In this document: piece after piece, positions 39,648 through 51,647 of the stretch
Layout: every line of letters starts with the position of its first letter
How positions within the stretch are numbered: the first letter of the stretch is position 1
Assembly (NCBI RefSeq): GCF_006345805.1
Contig: NC_043000.1
Location: forward strand, 47,740,001-47,804,000
Direction of reading: 5' to 3'
Source: Octopus sinensis
Taxonomy: Eukaryota
DNA: 64,000 nt
Notes under the pieces: generated by a model
What the model was told of the DNA's origin: nothing
The model's input: the letters and a program-made list of their open reading frames with translations, nothing else
Database searches by the model: none
Translations under genes and position numbers: made by a program

Positions 39648-40065
39648 TATATAAGTATTCTACAAAATGCTAGAATTGTTTTGTTATAACATAAGTGAGA
39701 ACCAACTTACAATATGTTCTTTGAGTTGATATCAGGTATCAGGCTTCAACAGTACTTGAACTACAATACTACTTTAAAGAACTGATAACAGATTACCACA
39801 AAGTACTGTAACACATTCCCATCATTTTATGATGCTTATCTGGCTTAGTGGACAGATGGTTAGAGCTTTTGACTCATGATCAAAAGATTGTGGATTTAAT
39901 TCCTTACCCAAGTAGCATGTTGTACTCTTAAGAAAAGCACTTTATTTCACTTTGCTCCAGTTCACACAGCTAGGAATGAATATCCATAAGTGGTTAGTGT
40001 AGTCTTCTTTCTCTTTCCCTTCAGCTGACACATCTTTAATGTTAGGCTGGGCCAAGGGTTGAAAG

Positions 40066-40364
40066 TTTGTTCCTTCTCGAGCCACGCCTGGCTCATAAGG
40101 GCCAGTTTTCCAGTTTCCTTGGTGTATAGGTTCCCCACCTGGACAGGACGCCAGTCTGTCGCAGGTGAGCTGCAAGATGCAGGAGGAAAGAGTGAGAGAA
40201 AGTTGTGGTGAAAGAGTCAGCAGAAGTTTGCCATTACCTTTTGCTGGAGCCACGTGGAGATTAGGTATTTTGCTCATAAACACACATCGCCTGGTCTGAG
40301 ATTTGAACATACAATCCCTCGACCGCGAGTCCGCTGCTCTAACCACTAGGCTATGTGCCTCCAC
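40066..40364 (-). mobile_element. SINE family B
   Basis: Reverse complement of 3287-3585; flanked by CAAGGGTT at both ends (probable TSD). Confidence 0.85.
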
Positions 40365-40786
40365 AAGGGTTAAAAAGCTGAGAAGAAGTCTAAGCAAAAG
40401 CATTGAGAGGATACTTGGTATTACAAAAGCATCTAAAAAAAAATCATTAAATGCATGTGCATATTACCAATCCATACTTATTAACAACTAATAGCTGGTT
40501 GCACTATCATCATGATCTCATCATTTTACATACAATTTGATAGGAGTTAGCAAGCCTGAGAGCTGCACCATGTTCCACTGACTGCTTTGGTATGCTCTAT
40601 ACAGCTGGATATCCTTCTTAACACCAACCACTTTACAGTGTGTACTGGGTGCTTTTTATATGACACCAGTACCTACAGGGTTACCTCATAATCTGCAAGA
40701 CAAAGACCTTTTGGCTGAGAGAGTAAGTGATACTGAGGGACGTGGTTTTGTGTCAGTTGAGAAGTTAAAGTATAATAGAAGGATAG

Positions 40787-41158
40787 GTCGTTTAGGAAAA
40801 GCGCGGGCTAAAACTATGCGCCTTCACTAGTCAGTTAAGGTGACAACTTGCTGGGGCTGCCTGCTGGAGCCTATGCGGCAGGTATTTAAAGGGAGAAATT
40901 TGACAAGACAGTCAGTCACCAGCTGACACTCGCTGACAATACATCGAAGAGGCCAGGGAACAGAAGAAAGAAGAAGAAAGAAGACATGCACCCAACACCA
41001 GAGCTGAAGATACCTCCGAAAGCGGGGCCCTGCCACGTCAAAACGGTCGAAGAGTAGGGGCCGAAACCGGATGTGGTTCCTCCTGATGATGTCTTGAGCT
41101 AACTGGATCCTATAAAGGAGCTGTTGTGGTAGCAGATCACGAAACACGGTTGTAATTC
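40787..41158 (+). other. Unclassified GC/CpG-rich insert of about 370 bp with hammerhead-like words
   Basis: Sharp GC/CpG contrast with the flanks; CTGAAGA at 41004, CTGATGA at 41083, GAAAC at 41063 and 41141; boundaries approximate. Confidence 0.4.
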
Positions 41159-42893
41159 CTTCCTGTAAAGGAGATACTTGGCTAGCCCAGTAGAAAAAGG
41201 AAAGAGAGGAAGGTACTGGTGATGTTTTAGGACTTGCTCACTGAGTACGGGCGTGGTGGATATAAGTGGTACATAGAGGATGAGGAGGTGTTTCATTGAA
41301 ACATTGAGGAAATATTATTTGGTTTTCATGTTAGAACCAAGTGCATTTGCATAATTTTTATGTTGGTTTTTCTGTTGTATTCAAGTAAAGAAACCTTGTA
41401 ATGATGGCTAGAATACCAATTAGCTGAAGCAGTAATTATTTTAGTTTTTTTGTCTAAAATTCTGGCATAGATTTTTGCCAAGATCATAGGAACTATGAGA
41501 GTGCTAGGTTCCCACTAAATTCCAGTTTTCTCTTGTACAAATGGCAATATAAAACAATCCTGATGTTTTCCTTGTGAAATTCGGCCTTATATTCTTGTAC
41601 TTACTTGTCTATACTACTTACTCTCTTCTAAGTAGTAGCTAATCTATCATAATGAGAGAACTTAGTGAGATAATCCAAAGGTAATATACAAGATAGAATT
41701 TCAAATAATAGAATAAATTTTGTGCTGTGAGGAAGACACAAAATATAATATTAAACTTTTCTTCTTTCTTACAACATAAAGTATTATTCCACTGTTTCAG
41801 CTATTTGTGTGACATTTTGCCAAAGCAGAACACATCTTTGTCTGTTTTATACAGATTCTGTTTTTTTAAATTATCGTTTAGAAAATAAAGGTTTTTTTTC
41901 AAAGATTGTGCACAAATACTTTACTTTGACTTATGTAAAAAGAAATATAATACCAAAAGAGAATGTTTTTATCCCAATATTTCTTTTTCTTTTCAAATTA
42001 TTGTTATAAAACTGCCTATATGTCAATAAACTCTTATTCGTGATATTCTAACTTATTAAGGTATAAAGTGAAAACCTATAAGCAGCTAAAAACATCTTTC
42101 AAACTTGAATTTGTTTTGTAAGAAATTTCTTGTGAACTTATATATTGAAACCAATATTATTACATTTCAAAAGAGGCATATCTATAAACAAACACATAAG
42201 TTGTGACTTCTCTTTATTTATTTATTATTTTTCTTTTTTTTTTTCAAAATGGTCGTTGTTTGTCTATATTTCTTTTCTACTAAAATATTTTTTTTATCAC
42301 AGTTTATTTTTGGTGAGATAAACAGGAAATATCAATGAACAGTAATGGGTTAGTGTGTTTATAGGCTTTATGAGTATGACTCAACAAAAATATAACAATG
42401 TGATGTGAAAACATCATTTTATTTTAAATAACAAACTGTTTTCACTTTCTTTCAAATATTTCCTTTGAATATTACATAATTTTATGTTTAACTTTTAGGC
42501 AAACACTATATTTCCTCATACTTTCGATTAAACAATTTAATATATATATATATATATATAAGGAGATCTAACAAAAATATACCTCGACTGTAGATGACAC
42601 CAGGTAGCCAAAACTGTGTTAGTGCTCTACTCAACACTTCAGCACACTAATCAACAACATATATCCATTATTCCAAAATATACATGCATTTATATATATA
42701 TATATATATCTGATCTGGCAGAGTTTCTACAGCTGGATGCCCACCCCTTGGCGTTAGGAAGGGCATCCAGCTGTAGAAACACTGCCAGATCAGATTGGAG
42801 CCTAGTGCAGCCATCTGGTTCACCAGTCCTCAGTCAAACCGTCCAACCCATGCTAGCATGGAAAGCGGACGTTAAACGATGATGATGTTGATA

Positions 42894-44421
42894 TCTATAT
42901 ATATAAAAGTGAAGTTGTGTGAGTGTCTGTCTCCTACGATTTAGATTCCTAACTACTCCCACATTTTGCGGTGCAGTTTAACCAAATTCGGGTATCTTAT
43001 AGTCGGGATTCATATCGAGCCCGTCGGGGTAATAGCGTGCATCTACGATGAGTCTACGATTTTAAAAATAATTTAACATAATTTTTTTCCATTTCTTCCA
43101 ATTTTTTCGTGTGTCGATGGCAGCGGAGTTGGCGTCCATGCTCACACCTGCACCTGTGTTGCAGTCACACTTTCGCGCATGCGCATGCACACGTTCAGGC
43201 ATGCGCAGTCACACTTTCGCGCATGCACACGCACACGTTCGCGCATGCGCACGCACACGTTCGCGCATGGGCAGCCACACTTTCACGCATGTGCACGCAC
43301 ACGTTCACGCATGCGCAGTCACACTTTAACGCATGCGCAGTCACACTTTCGCGCATGCGCACGCACAATTTCGCGCATGCGCAGTGACACGTTCGCGCAT
43401 GCGCAGTCACACGTTCGCACATGCGCAGTCACACGTTCGTGCATGCGCAGTCACACTTTTGCGTAGGCGCACGCACATATATGTGCGCATGTAGCATAAG
43501 ACCATATATATATCTATATATATAAAAGTGAAGTTGTGTGTGTGTGTCTGTCTCCTACGATTTAGATTCCTAACTACTCCCACATTTTGCGGTGCAGTTT
43601 AACCAAATTCGGGTATCTTATAGTCGTGATTCATATCGAGCCCGTCTGGGCATTAGCGCGCGCCTACGATGAGTCTACGATTTTAAAAATAATTTACCAT
43701 AATTTTTTTCCATTTTAACGCATATTTTTTCATGTGTCGATGGTGGCGGAGTTGGCGTCCATGCTCAAACCTGCACCCGTGTTGCTTCTCCCCCTTCTTC
43801 CCTCCCTCGTGAAGCTGTGGGGAAGGGAGTGTAAGGAAATCAACGTCGTAAAGCGTTGTCAAGGAGACCAGCGTTCTTTTAGAACAATGACTTCATGGCT
43901 TGAAGTCGCCAAAACAGAAATCGCTAAAAAAGCTGAATCAGATCCACAAAAACGGCAAAAACCGCCACACAGGACAGGTTTCCTGTGCAAACAATTTGCA
44001 CAACCGAATGTTTTAGTTGTTGCACAAATCTTTATATATAAAAGTGAAGTTGTGTGTCTGTCTCCTACTATTTAGATTCCTAACTACTCCCACATTTTGC
44101 GGTGCAGTTTAACCAAAACCGGGTATCTTATAGTCGTGATTCATATCGAGCCCTTCTGGGTATTAGCGCGTGTCTACGTTGAGTCTACGATTTTAAAAAT
44201 AATTTACCATCATTTTTTTCCATTTTAATGCATTTTTTGCTATTATATAAGGGAAATAACTCTCTAAAAATATCTACGATGAGTCAACGATTTTAAAAAA
44301 ATTACTATAATTTTTTTCCATTTTTAATGCATTTTTTTGCTATTTTTTGGCTATAACTCTCTAAAAATGCTTTATAGTTATTTCCCTTACAAACCCGAGC
44401 AACGCCGGGCGACACTGCTAG
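42894..44421 (+). mobile_element. Composite non-autonomous Helitron: three 5' ends, one 3' end
   Basis: TC...TATAAAAGTGAAGTTGTGTG...CTCCTAC.ATTTAGATTCC starts at 42894, 43513 and 44029. A single 3' hairpin CCCG-AGCAACGC-CGGG (44394-44409) is followed by CTAG|T. Confidence 0.9.
43160..43492. repeat. About 20-22-bp minisatellite (GCGCATGCGCAGTCACACTTTC-like)
   Basis: Roughly 15 degenerate units; exact GCGCATGCGC at 43175, 43241, 43351, 43373 and 43395. Confidence 0.9.
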
Positions 44422-44667
44422 TGTATATATATATATATATATATATATAGATAGATAGATAGATAGATAGATAAACATACATACACACATGCACAAACAC
44501 ACACACACACACACACGCACATGCAAATTGAGCGAGTGGAGCAGATAAAAACCAGGCTGCATAATTTTCCTAGAAAGCAGATCCTCATATATAATAATTT
44601 CTCAACAAGAGGTAATCAGCTAGCTACACATCAGGCCAAAAATACCTTAATTAGATGAAGGTGATAT

Positions 44668-44997
44668 AGGCATAGGAGTGGCTATGTGGTAAGTAGCTTG
44701 CTTACCAACCATATGGTTCTGGGTTCAGTCCTATTGTGTGGCAACTTGGGCAAGTATCTTCTACTATAGCCTTGTGAGTGGATTTGGTAGACGGAAGCTG
44801 TATGTGTGTGTGTTTATGTTTGTGTGTCTGTGTTTGACAACCGATGGTGGTGTGTTTACATCCCCATAAAAAAGAAACCGATAGAATAAGTACTAGGCTT
44901 ACAAAAAATAAGTCCTGGGATCGATTTGCTTGACTAAAGGCAGTGCTTCAGCATGGCCTCAGTCAAATGACTGAAACAAGTAAAAGGGTAAAAGAGC
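44668..44997 (+). mobile_element. SINE family A
   Basis: Head GGCATAGGAGTGGCTATGTGGTAAG and tail CAGTCAAATGACTGAAACAAGTAAAAG. Confidence 0.88.
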
Positions 44998-45340
44998 CAT
45001 TAAGGAATCCCAAGTTAACTCGCCGAAGATATGATTTGAAGATATAATATGTAGCACAAACTTTACCTGCTCCACTCCCTTAATCTGGGTTTTTATTTGC
45101 ATTCATAGTGACTCAAGTTGCTAACCATAAGCTATGGAAAAGGTTTCAATATGGGAAAAGCATGCAACCCTCACCTATGATTTATTGTTGTTCCTGAATG
45201 TAGTTTTTTTATACCTACCATGGACTGCTTGAAGCATACAAACTTCCTACACTTAGATCCTCGGTTCTTATGATTACATATCTGTATGTATGTGTGTGTT
45301 TGAGTTTGTGTATGTGTGTGTGTGTATGTGTGTGTGTATA

Positions 45341-45574
45341 CAGGGAATGGCAGAAAGGTCGCCCTGATTTCAAAGGTTAATAAAAAAACAAACACATGAA
45401 GATGCATGAAAAAACATTGTATTTCTATGAAGTTCATTAAATGCCATTTTTTTTTCCTGTTTCAGATTGTGCCCACCATGGCCTAGAGCGAAGAGCATCG
45501 TATTTTGTTTTGTCTTCGTGTGTCTGTTTTTTATTAACCTTTTGAAACCGGGGCAACCTTTCTGCCGCACCATG
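45341..45574. mobile_element. Tc1/mariner-type MITE with about 65-bp TIRs
   Basis: TA|CAGGGAATGGCAGAAAGGTCGCCC...AAAGGTTAATAAAAAA is mirrored by TTTTTTATTAACCTTT...GGGCAACCTTTCTGCCGCACCATG. Confidence 0.75.
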
Positions 45575-45616
45575 AGTGTGTGTGTATGTACATATATATA
45601 TATATATATAATATAC

Positions 45617-45661
<45 letters not shown>

Positions 45662-45735
45662 TATACATATATATACATATATAATATATATATACATATA
45701 TAATATATATATATATATATAATATATACATATAT

Positions 45736-45791
<56 letters not shown>

Positions 45792-45799
45792 ATATATAC

Positions 45800-45832
<33 letters not shown>

Positions 45833-45904
45833 CATATATATACATATATATGTATGCATGTACATGTGTATATATATATATATATATATATTAAATTTCT
45901 TTTT

Positions 45905-46117
45905 CTTTTAATTGTTTCAGTCATTTGACTGCGGCCATGCTGGAGTACCGCTTTTAGTCGACCAAATCAACCCAAGGACTTATTCTTTGGAAGCCTAGTA
46001 CTTATTCTATTGGTCTCTTTTACGAAACTGCTAAGTTATGGGGACGTAAACACACCTTCGTCTGTTGTCAAAGCGATGCTGGGGGGACAAACACAGACAC
46101 ACAAACATATACACATG

Positions 46118-46149
<32 letters not shown>

Positions 46150-46314
46150 CGACATGCTTCTTTCAGTTCCCGTCTACCAAATCCACTCACATGGCTTTGG
46201 TCGGCTTGAGGCTATAGTAGAAGACACTTGCCCAAGGTGCCACACAATGGGAATGAAACTGGAACCATGTGGTTGGTAAGCAAATTACTTACCACACAGC
46301 CACTTCTACACCTA
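45905..46314 (-). mobile_element. SINE family A, full length
   Basis: Tail TTTCAGTCATTTGACTGCGGCCATGCTGG through head ACCACACAGCCACTTCTACACCTA. Confidence 0.9.
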
Positions 46315-46578
46315 TTGTTCCCATATTGAAATTGTTCAATGGATAGGATGGTGTGAGAAAATAGTGTTTTTACAATATATATATATACATATATATTAGT
46401 AAAATTTTCAATAATTTGAGAGATGAAGCTATGATAAAAGAAATATCCCTGAAATTGTCACAACTTCATTATCAGTTGTCACTCTACTAGCAGTATTGTA
46501 TACTTTATTAACATTGTTATTTGTTTATACTGCTGAACAAATAATTTTGCTGTCATTGTTATTATCGTTATTATTATT

Positions 46579-49300
46579 GCTTGTGTACAGCTTCTAACAC
46601 TGAAGATGTACTATGATGACAGCTGTTCCCTACCAGTGAACTAAGATAACACCTCTTATTTTCCGAGCACCTTCCAGAGTATTCAAACAGTTCCAAGCAG
46701 TGCTGTTTTCTGCAAGTGCTCCACCTTTATTGCAGCCCCTATTTGTTCCGTGTACCTATCATACCTATCGACTTTTCTTTCTTCCTTATCACATACCTTG
46801 TTGCCATCTGGGTATGCTATATCTATGATCCAGCATAGTTTGTTTTCTTTCTCAATTAAGATTATATCTGGCTTCCTATTCTCTATCTCATGGTTGCACT
46901 GAATCATAAAATCCAGCAGGATCTTTGCATTATCATTTTCGATAATGCCTTCAGGTTTGAGGTCGTGCCAATTTTTTTCTCTGTCAAGTCCATACTTGTT
47001 GCAAAGTGTCCAATGGATAAGCCTTGTTATATTGTCGTGGCATCTCTTATATTCCTTCTTGGCTAGTGGTGTACATTGGCCGGTAATATGCTGTATGGTT
47101 TCACCATTTTGTCCACAGATTCTGCACTTATCACTTTCTGATGTGTTGTCAACTCTGTATTTTATGTAGTTTGTTCTTAGTGCTTGCTCTTGGGCAGCAC
47201 AGATTACAGCCTCCGTTTCCGGTTCTAAATCACTTTTAGTCATCCACGGCCATCTTTTTTCTCTGTCTGTCTTATCTTCAACATCCCTATGAAATTGACC
47301 ATGCATCCTTTTCTTTACCCACCTATTTTCAGTTTCATTCGTTTTCAATTACTTGTACAGTGCTTTATCTTTGCAATCTTTCATTCTACACAAGCCTAAC
47401 CATCTTACTTCTAATAATAGCGGTTCTATAGCATTTTTTACATACCATGCTATGTTGCTTTCTTTTGCTTTAATGCTGTGTTCACATCCAATAAGTCCTC
47501 TTACCCCTCTTTTTCTTTTTACATATAGGCTGTCTGTGTCGGTTTTTGGGTGGAGTGTCCCATATCTAATTACCAACTTCCTTGTCTTTCAGTCTAAGCT
47601 GTTTAGTTCATCTATTGTCCATGTGATTAACCCTGCAGCATAACTAAGGAGTGAAACTGCCCAGGTGTTGATAGCTTCAATCTTATTCCATCCATTTTAT
47701 TTCGATTTAAGGATCAGTCTCAGTCTGCGCAAGTACTCCACCTTAAATTTTTCTGTCATTTCTTTCTCCATCAATTTTTCCATTTCCAAAATCCCCAAGT
47801 ACTTATAGCCTGTCTCTTCTAGCTGCTTCATATCCACTCCTGACGGTATTGTTAGCCCGTCCATACATGTGATTTTGCTTTTCTTCAAGACTAATACACC
47901 ACATATTCTCAGTCTGAACTCCAATCTGATATCAGCACTGAAGGTATATACCATATCAACGAGGGAACTGACTTGGGCTTCATCTTTACCATAAAGTTTG
48001 AGATCATCTATGAATAACAAATGGTTGACTTTTTGTTGGTGGCTTTTGAATATATTTCCAGCTTTTGCTTTCCACAGTATCAGTTTTAGTGGTATAAAGC
48101 ACAGTACAAATATCAGTGGGGACAGGCAACCTCCTTGGAAGTTGCCCCTTCTAATTTCTACTGTTCCTAAACTTCTTCCATATGCTATCAGGTCCGTCCT
48201 CCAATTCGCCATACTTTTTCCAAGCAATTACTCAACATTTAATACAATACCAAATAGGTTCATACATTCCATTATCTGAGAATGTGGGATCATATCATAC
48301 GCCTTACAATAGTCGATCCATGACATGGCTAAGTTACTTTTACTCCTCTTGCAGTCTCTCAGTAGAGTTTTGTCTATCAGGAGTTGATCCTTGGAACCTC
48401 TGCACTTACATTTGCAACCTTTCTGCTCATGTGGCAGGACTCCAATTTTTCCAGATGTTCGTACATTGACTCAGTGAGTATTCCAGTCTACCATATTGCC
48501 TTTTATGATGTTTTTCAAGTACAGCACTATCCTACCCAATGTCAACCAGTCTGGTGTTACTTCGTCGGCATTTAACAAGGTGATGAGTTGTGCAGCTATT
48601 CGTGCGACATTCACCAAATCTTTTGATCCAGTAGCCTTGAACTCCAGCTGGTCCCGGGGCCTTCCAGTTGCTCATCTTTTTGCTGATTTCCTTCACTCCC
48701 CTAACTGAAATGACTAGTTCTGCCTGTTTTGGATAGACTACCGTTTGTTTCAGTTCTTGCAACCATTCAGCATCCTTCTTGTGCTCCTTGTCTTTGCTCC
48801 AGATGTCACTCCAAAATCTTTGACTTTCATTGTTATCTGGTGTCAACTTTTCATCTGTACACTCTCCATTTATTTCTTTATAGAATCTCTTCTGATCTAC
48901 TCTGAATAACCTATTCTGGTGGTAACCCTTCATTCTTTGGTCATATCCTACCATCTTTGATTTCTTTGCAACAAGGCACTGCTTCAGTTCCTCCATTACC
49001 ACTTTCGGGCCCTTTCTTTCAATATTGTACTTCTTTTTCAGCGCTTTGTATTTTTTTCACTTTTAAGCTCTCCTTTCTCTTTTTGGTCTAGCACACAAAT
49101 TTCCTTTGAGAGTATATCTAACCCTGCCTGTATTCTTCTTTTCCACCATGGAAATTTTCTTTTGTCATTCTCATTATGTTTCTTTTTCTTGATATCAACT
49201 TCCACATTTTCTGCTACAACAATACTTGCTGCCTTGATCAAATTATTTGTTTCTGTGATGTTGTTTGTTCTGATGTATTTCAGAATATCATTGACATTTT
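46579..49300 (-). mobile_element. 5'-truncated R4/Dong-type non-LTR retrotransposon (RT, CCHC, restriction-like endonuclease), pseudogenised
   Basis: NWKAPGP, FQGGCLSPLIF, HLLFIDDLKLY, YKYLGI; CRICGQNGETIQHITGQC; RCHDN; KPDIILIEK...IIDIAYP; LQKTALLGT. Flanked by (TTA)n at both ends. Confidence 0.92.
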
Positions 49301-49327
49301 TTATTTAATATCATTATAATTATTATA

Positions 49328-49365
<38 letters not shown>

Positions 49366-50041
49366 TTTTTACTATTATTATTATTACTTTTTAATTTTTT
49401 GATTAGATTATCTAATTATTATTTTTTATTATTTTAATTACTTCAATTATCTCTTAATTATTTTTCATTTCTAAATTTGTTTATTTTAATCTATATATAA
49501 TTTTTTTTTTATCTTGATTCATCTTAATTATATTATAATTATTTTAATTTTCAATATTTATTGTTTTAAGAAAAATAACTCTTTCAAAATGGAATAAGTA
49601 CCAGTCAGTTACTGGAGGTGATGTAATTGACTTCCCCCTCCCCTCAAAAGCTACTGGTACTGTTCCAAAATTTGAAACTATTATCATCATTACTATCAAT
49701 TAGAGAGGTGGGTTGTTAGAATCATTAAAGCACCGAACAGAAAGCACTTTCCAATATTTGGCTCAGCTTTTTACTTTCTGAGATCATATTCTATTATGAT
49801 CAACTTTACATTTCATTCTTTCAATGATAATGAAATAATATATCAGTTGTGGGCTTGATGCAACTGACAAACTCCCTTTCTTAAAAACTGCTGGTTTTCA
49901 GCCAAAAGGTGATACTATTAATATTATTATATTTTACTTCTCAGATCTCTTGGTCTTACTTGGTCTGGTTGATTCTGTGAGAGCAGACAGCAATCTGTTG
50001 TCAGAGGGCTTACTATTATAATTATTATTTTTATTATTATT

Positions 50042-50596
50042 GAGTGAGAGAGAAGTGCATGCCATCAAAGTGACACTGGGGTAAAATATATGAAGCCCAG
50101 TATACCCATTATGACTACCCGTCTGATAAGGGTACACTAGGCACATGCATCACAACCCTATGTGTGCGACATGGTGATCTCATATCAAGATAAACAGCAC
50201 ATGACCTTGCAGGTGGGGCCCAGTTAGAAATTTCTTCTGGTCGAGTAACCCATCCCATTCAAAAGGTCCCTGAATAAGGGTTGTTTAAGGATGTTGAACA
50301 AAGCACTCATGTTCCTGGAGATGAATTATCCAAACCCCAAAGAATCCCTCTCAACACATGTCTATGATGCTCCCCCACTACTTCTGCTCATGATCAGAGA
50401 TGCACATATCATCAGCCATTAAGGGAAATGCTCAACTGGTGATGGTCAAACAACTAACAAGCAAATCTGTGGTATTGAGCAGAATATTTGCTGTAGCCCA
50501 TCTTTTATACCAAGACAAAACAATGTACATGATAACATTTCCAATCAGTTAAGATCAGACGCCATGAGAGCCACTGCATGGTACTGCATCAGGGCA
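50042..50596. mobile_element. About 555-bp non-coding element embedded in (TTA)n
   Basis: Higher-GC block sharply bounded by TTA repeats at 50013-50041 and 50597-50660; no ORF, TIR or tRNA head recognised. Confidence 0.55.
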
Positions 50597-50660
50597 TTTA
50601 TCATTATTATCATTATTATTATTATTAATAATATTATCACCATCATTATTATTATTATTA

Positions 50661-50870
50661 TTTTGGTTTGGCTCAGGTTTGGTCTTATTCTTGGTAAGGA
50701 TTTTGTGGGTAGCAGATTACTACTTGTAACCTTATGTATTCACACAATTTTCCTGTCTTTCAAGACCTTAGAATCCTCTTGATAGTCCCTGCTGTCCTTA
50801 AGAGACAAACTTTCTGTAAGAGCTCTCCTAGGCTTTCTATTCCAATCTCCTGCAGCCATCTGTCTATAAC
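50661..50870 (-). mobile_element. 3' end of a second R4/Dong-type family
   Basis: Minus strand IDRWLQEIGIESLGELLQKVCLLRTAGTIKRILRS* resembles the LQKTALLGT terminus of the 46.6-kb element; it ends in (TAA)n. Confidence 0.75.
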
Positions 50871-50943
50871 TTGGCATGGTGAGCTGGCAGACTCATTGGT
50901 ACTGCAGACAAAATGCTTGGCTGCATTTCTCCTTGATCTATAT

Positions 50944-51547
50944 GTTAGTTAGTTAGTTAATTTTTTGGCTCAAAAAGCAAAAAGCAAGGCCATGTAGGGG
51001 GACATGGAGTTATATACAGGGTGGTGTTCATGTAAAGAGTTCAGGCCACTTGTGGTCAAGGGAGACTTTGACCCGAGCGGTCGTCGGCATCTTCACCATC
51101 TCGTCCGGCAGCTTATTCCACAGATCCGCAACCCGGACGGAGAAAGCCCCTCTCCTTCGATTGAGATGAAATCGTCACAGATAGAGCTTTTTGGAATGAC
51201 CCCGCAGCCGACGCTCTGGAGCAGGAGTGAAGAACAGCTCTTTTGAGATGTTACACTTTCCGCTTATGATGTTGTCTGAAGAATGAGATCACCATGGCGT
51301 CGTCGTTTTTCTAGAGAATAAAGGTCGAGCGTCTTCAGCCTTTCTTCATAAGACAAATTCTTGAGACCAAGAACCATGCGGGTAGCCAGCTTCTGGACTC
51401 TTTCGAGATGCTGTATGTCTTTGAGGAGATAAGAAGAAGAGGCTTGAATCCTGTACTCCAGTATGGGTCTCACCAGCGTGACATAGAGCGGTAGGAATAT
51501 GGCTGCTGTGAGCATTCCGAATGTTCTAAATTCACATCCCAGTGACA
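50944..51547 (-). mobile_element. CR1-type LINE 3' fragment (second family)
   Basis: LYVTLVRPILEY...LERVQKLATRMV.GLKNLSYEERLK.LDLYSLEKRR.HGDLI; (TAAC)n tail. Confidence 0.9.
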
Positions 51548-51611
51548 CTGACTTGCACCATCCCTTAAAATTGCTGGTCTTGTTCTAAAACTTGACATTC
51601 CTCTTCTTCTT

Positions 51612-51647
<36 letters not shown>

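Noticed and set aside
42588-42625. CTGTAGA...AAAACTGTGTT, a degenerate hammerhead-like motif
   Set aside because: Two non-compensatory core changes and no stem I.
43160-43492. CRISPR-like regular repeat
   Set aside because: No unique spacers, no cas genes, eukaryotic context; it is a minisatellite.
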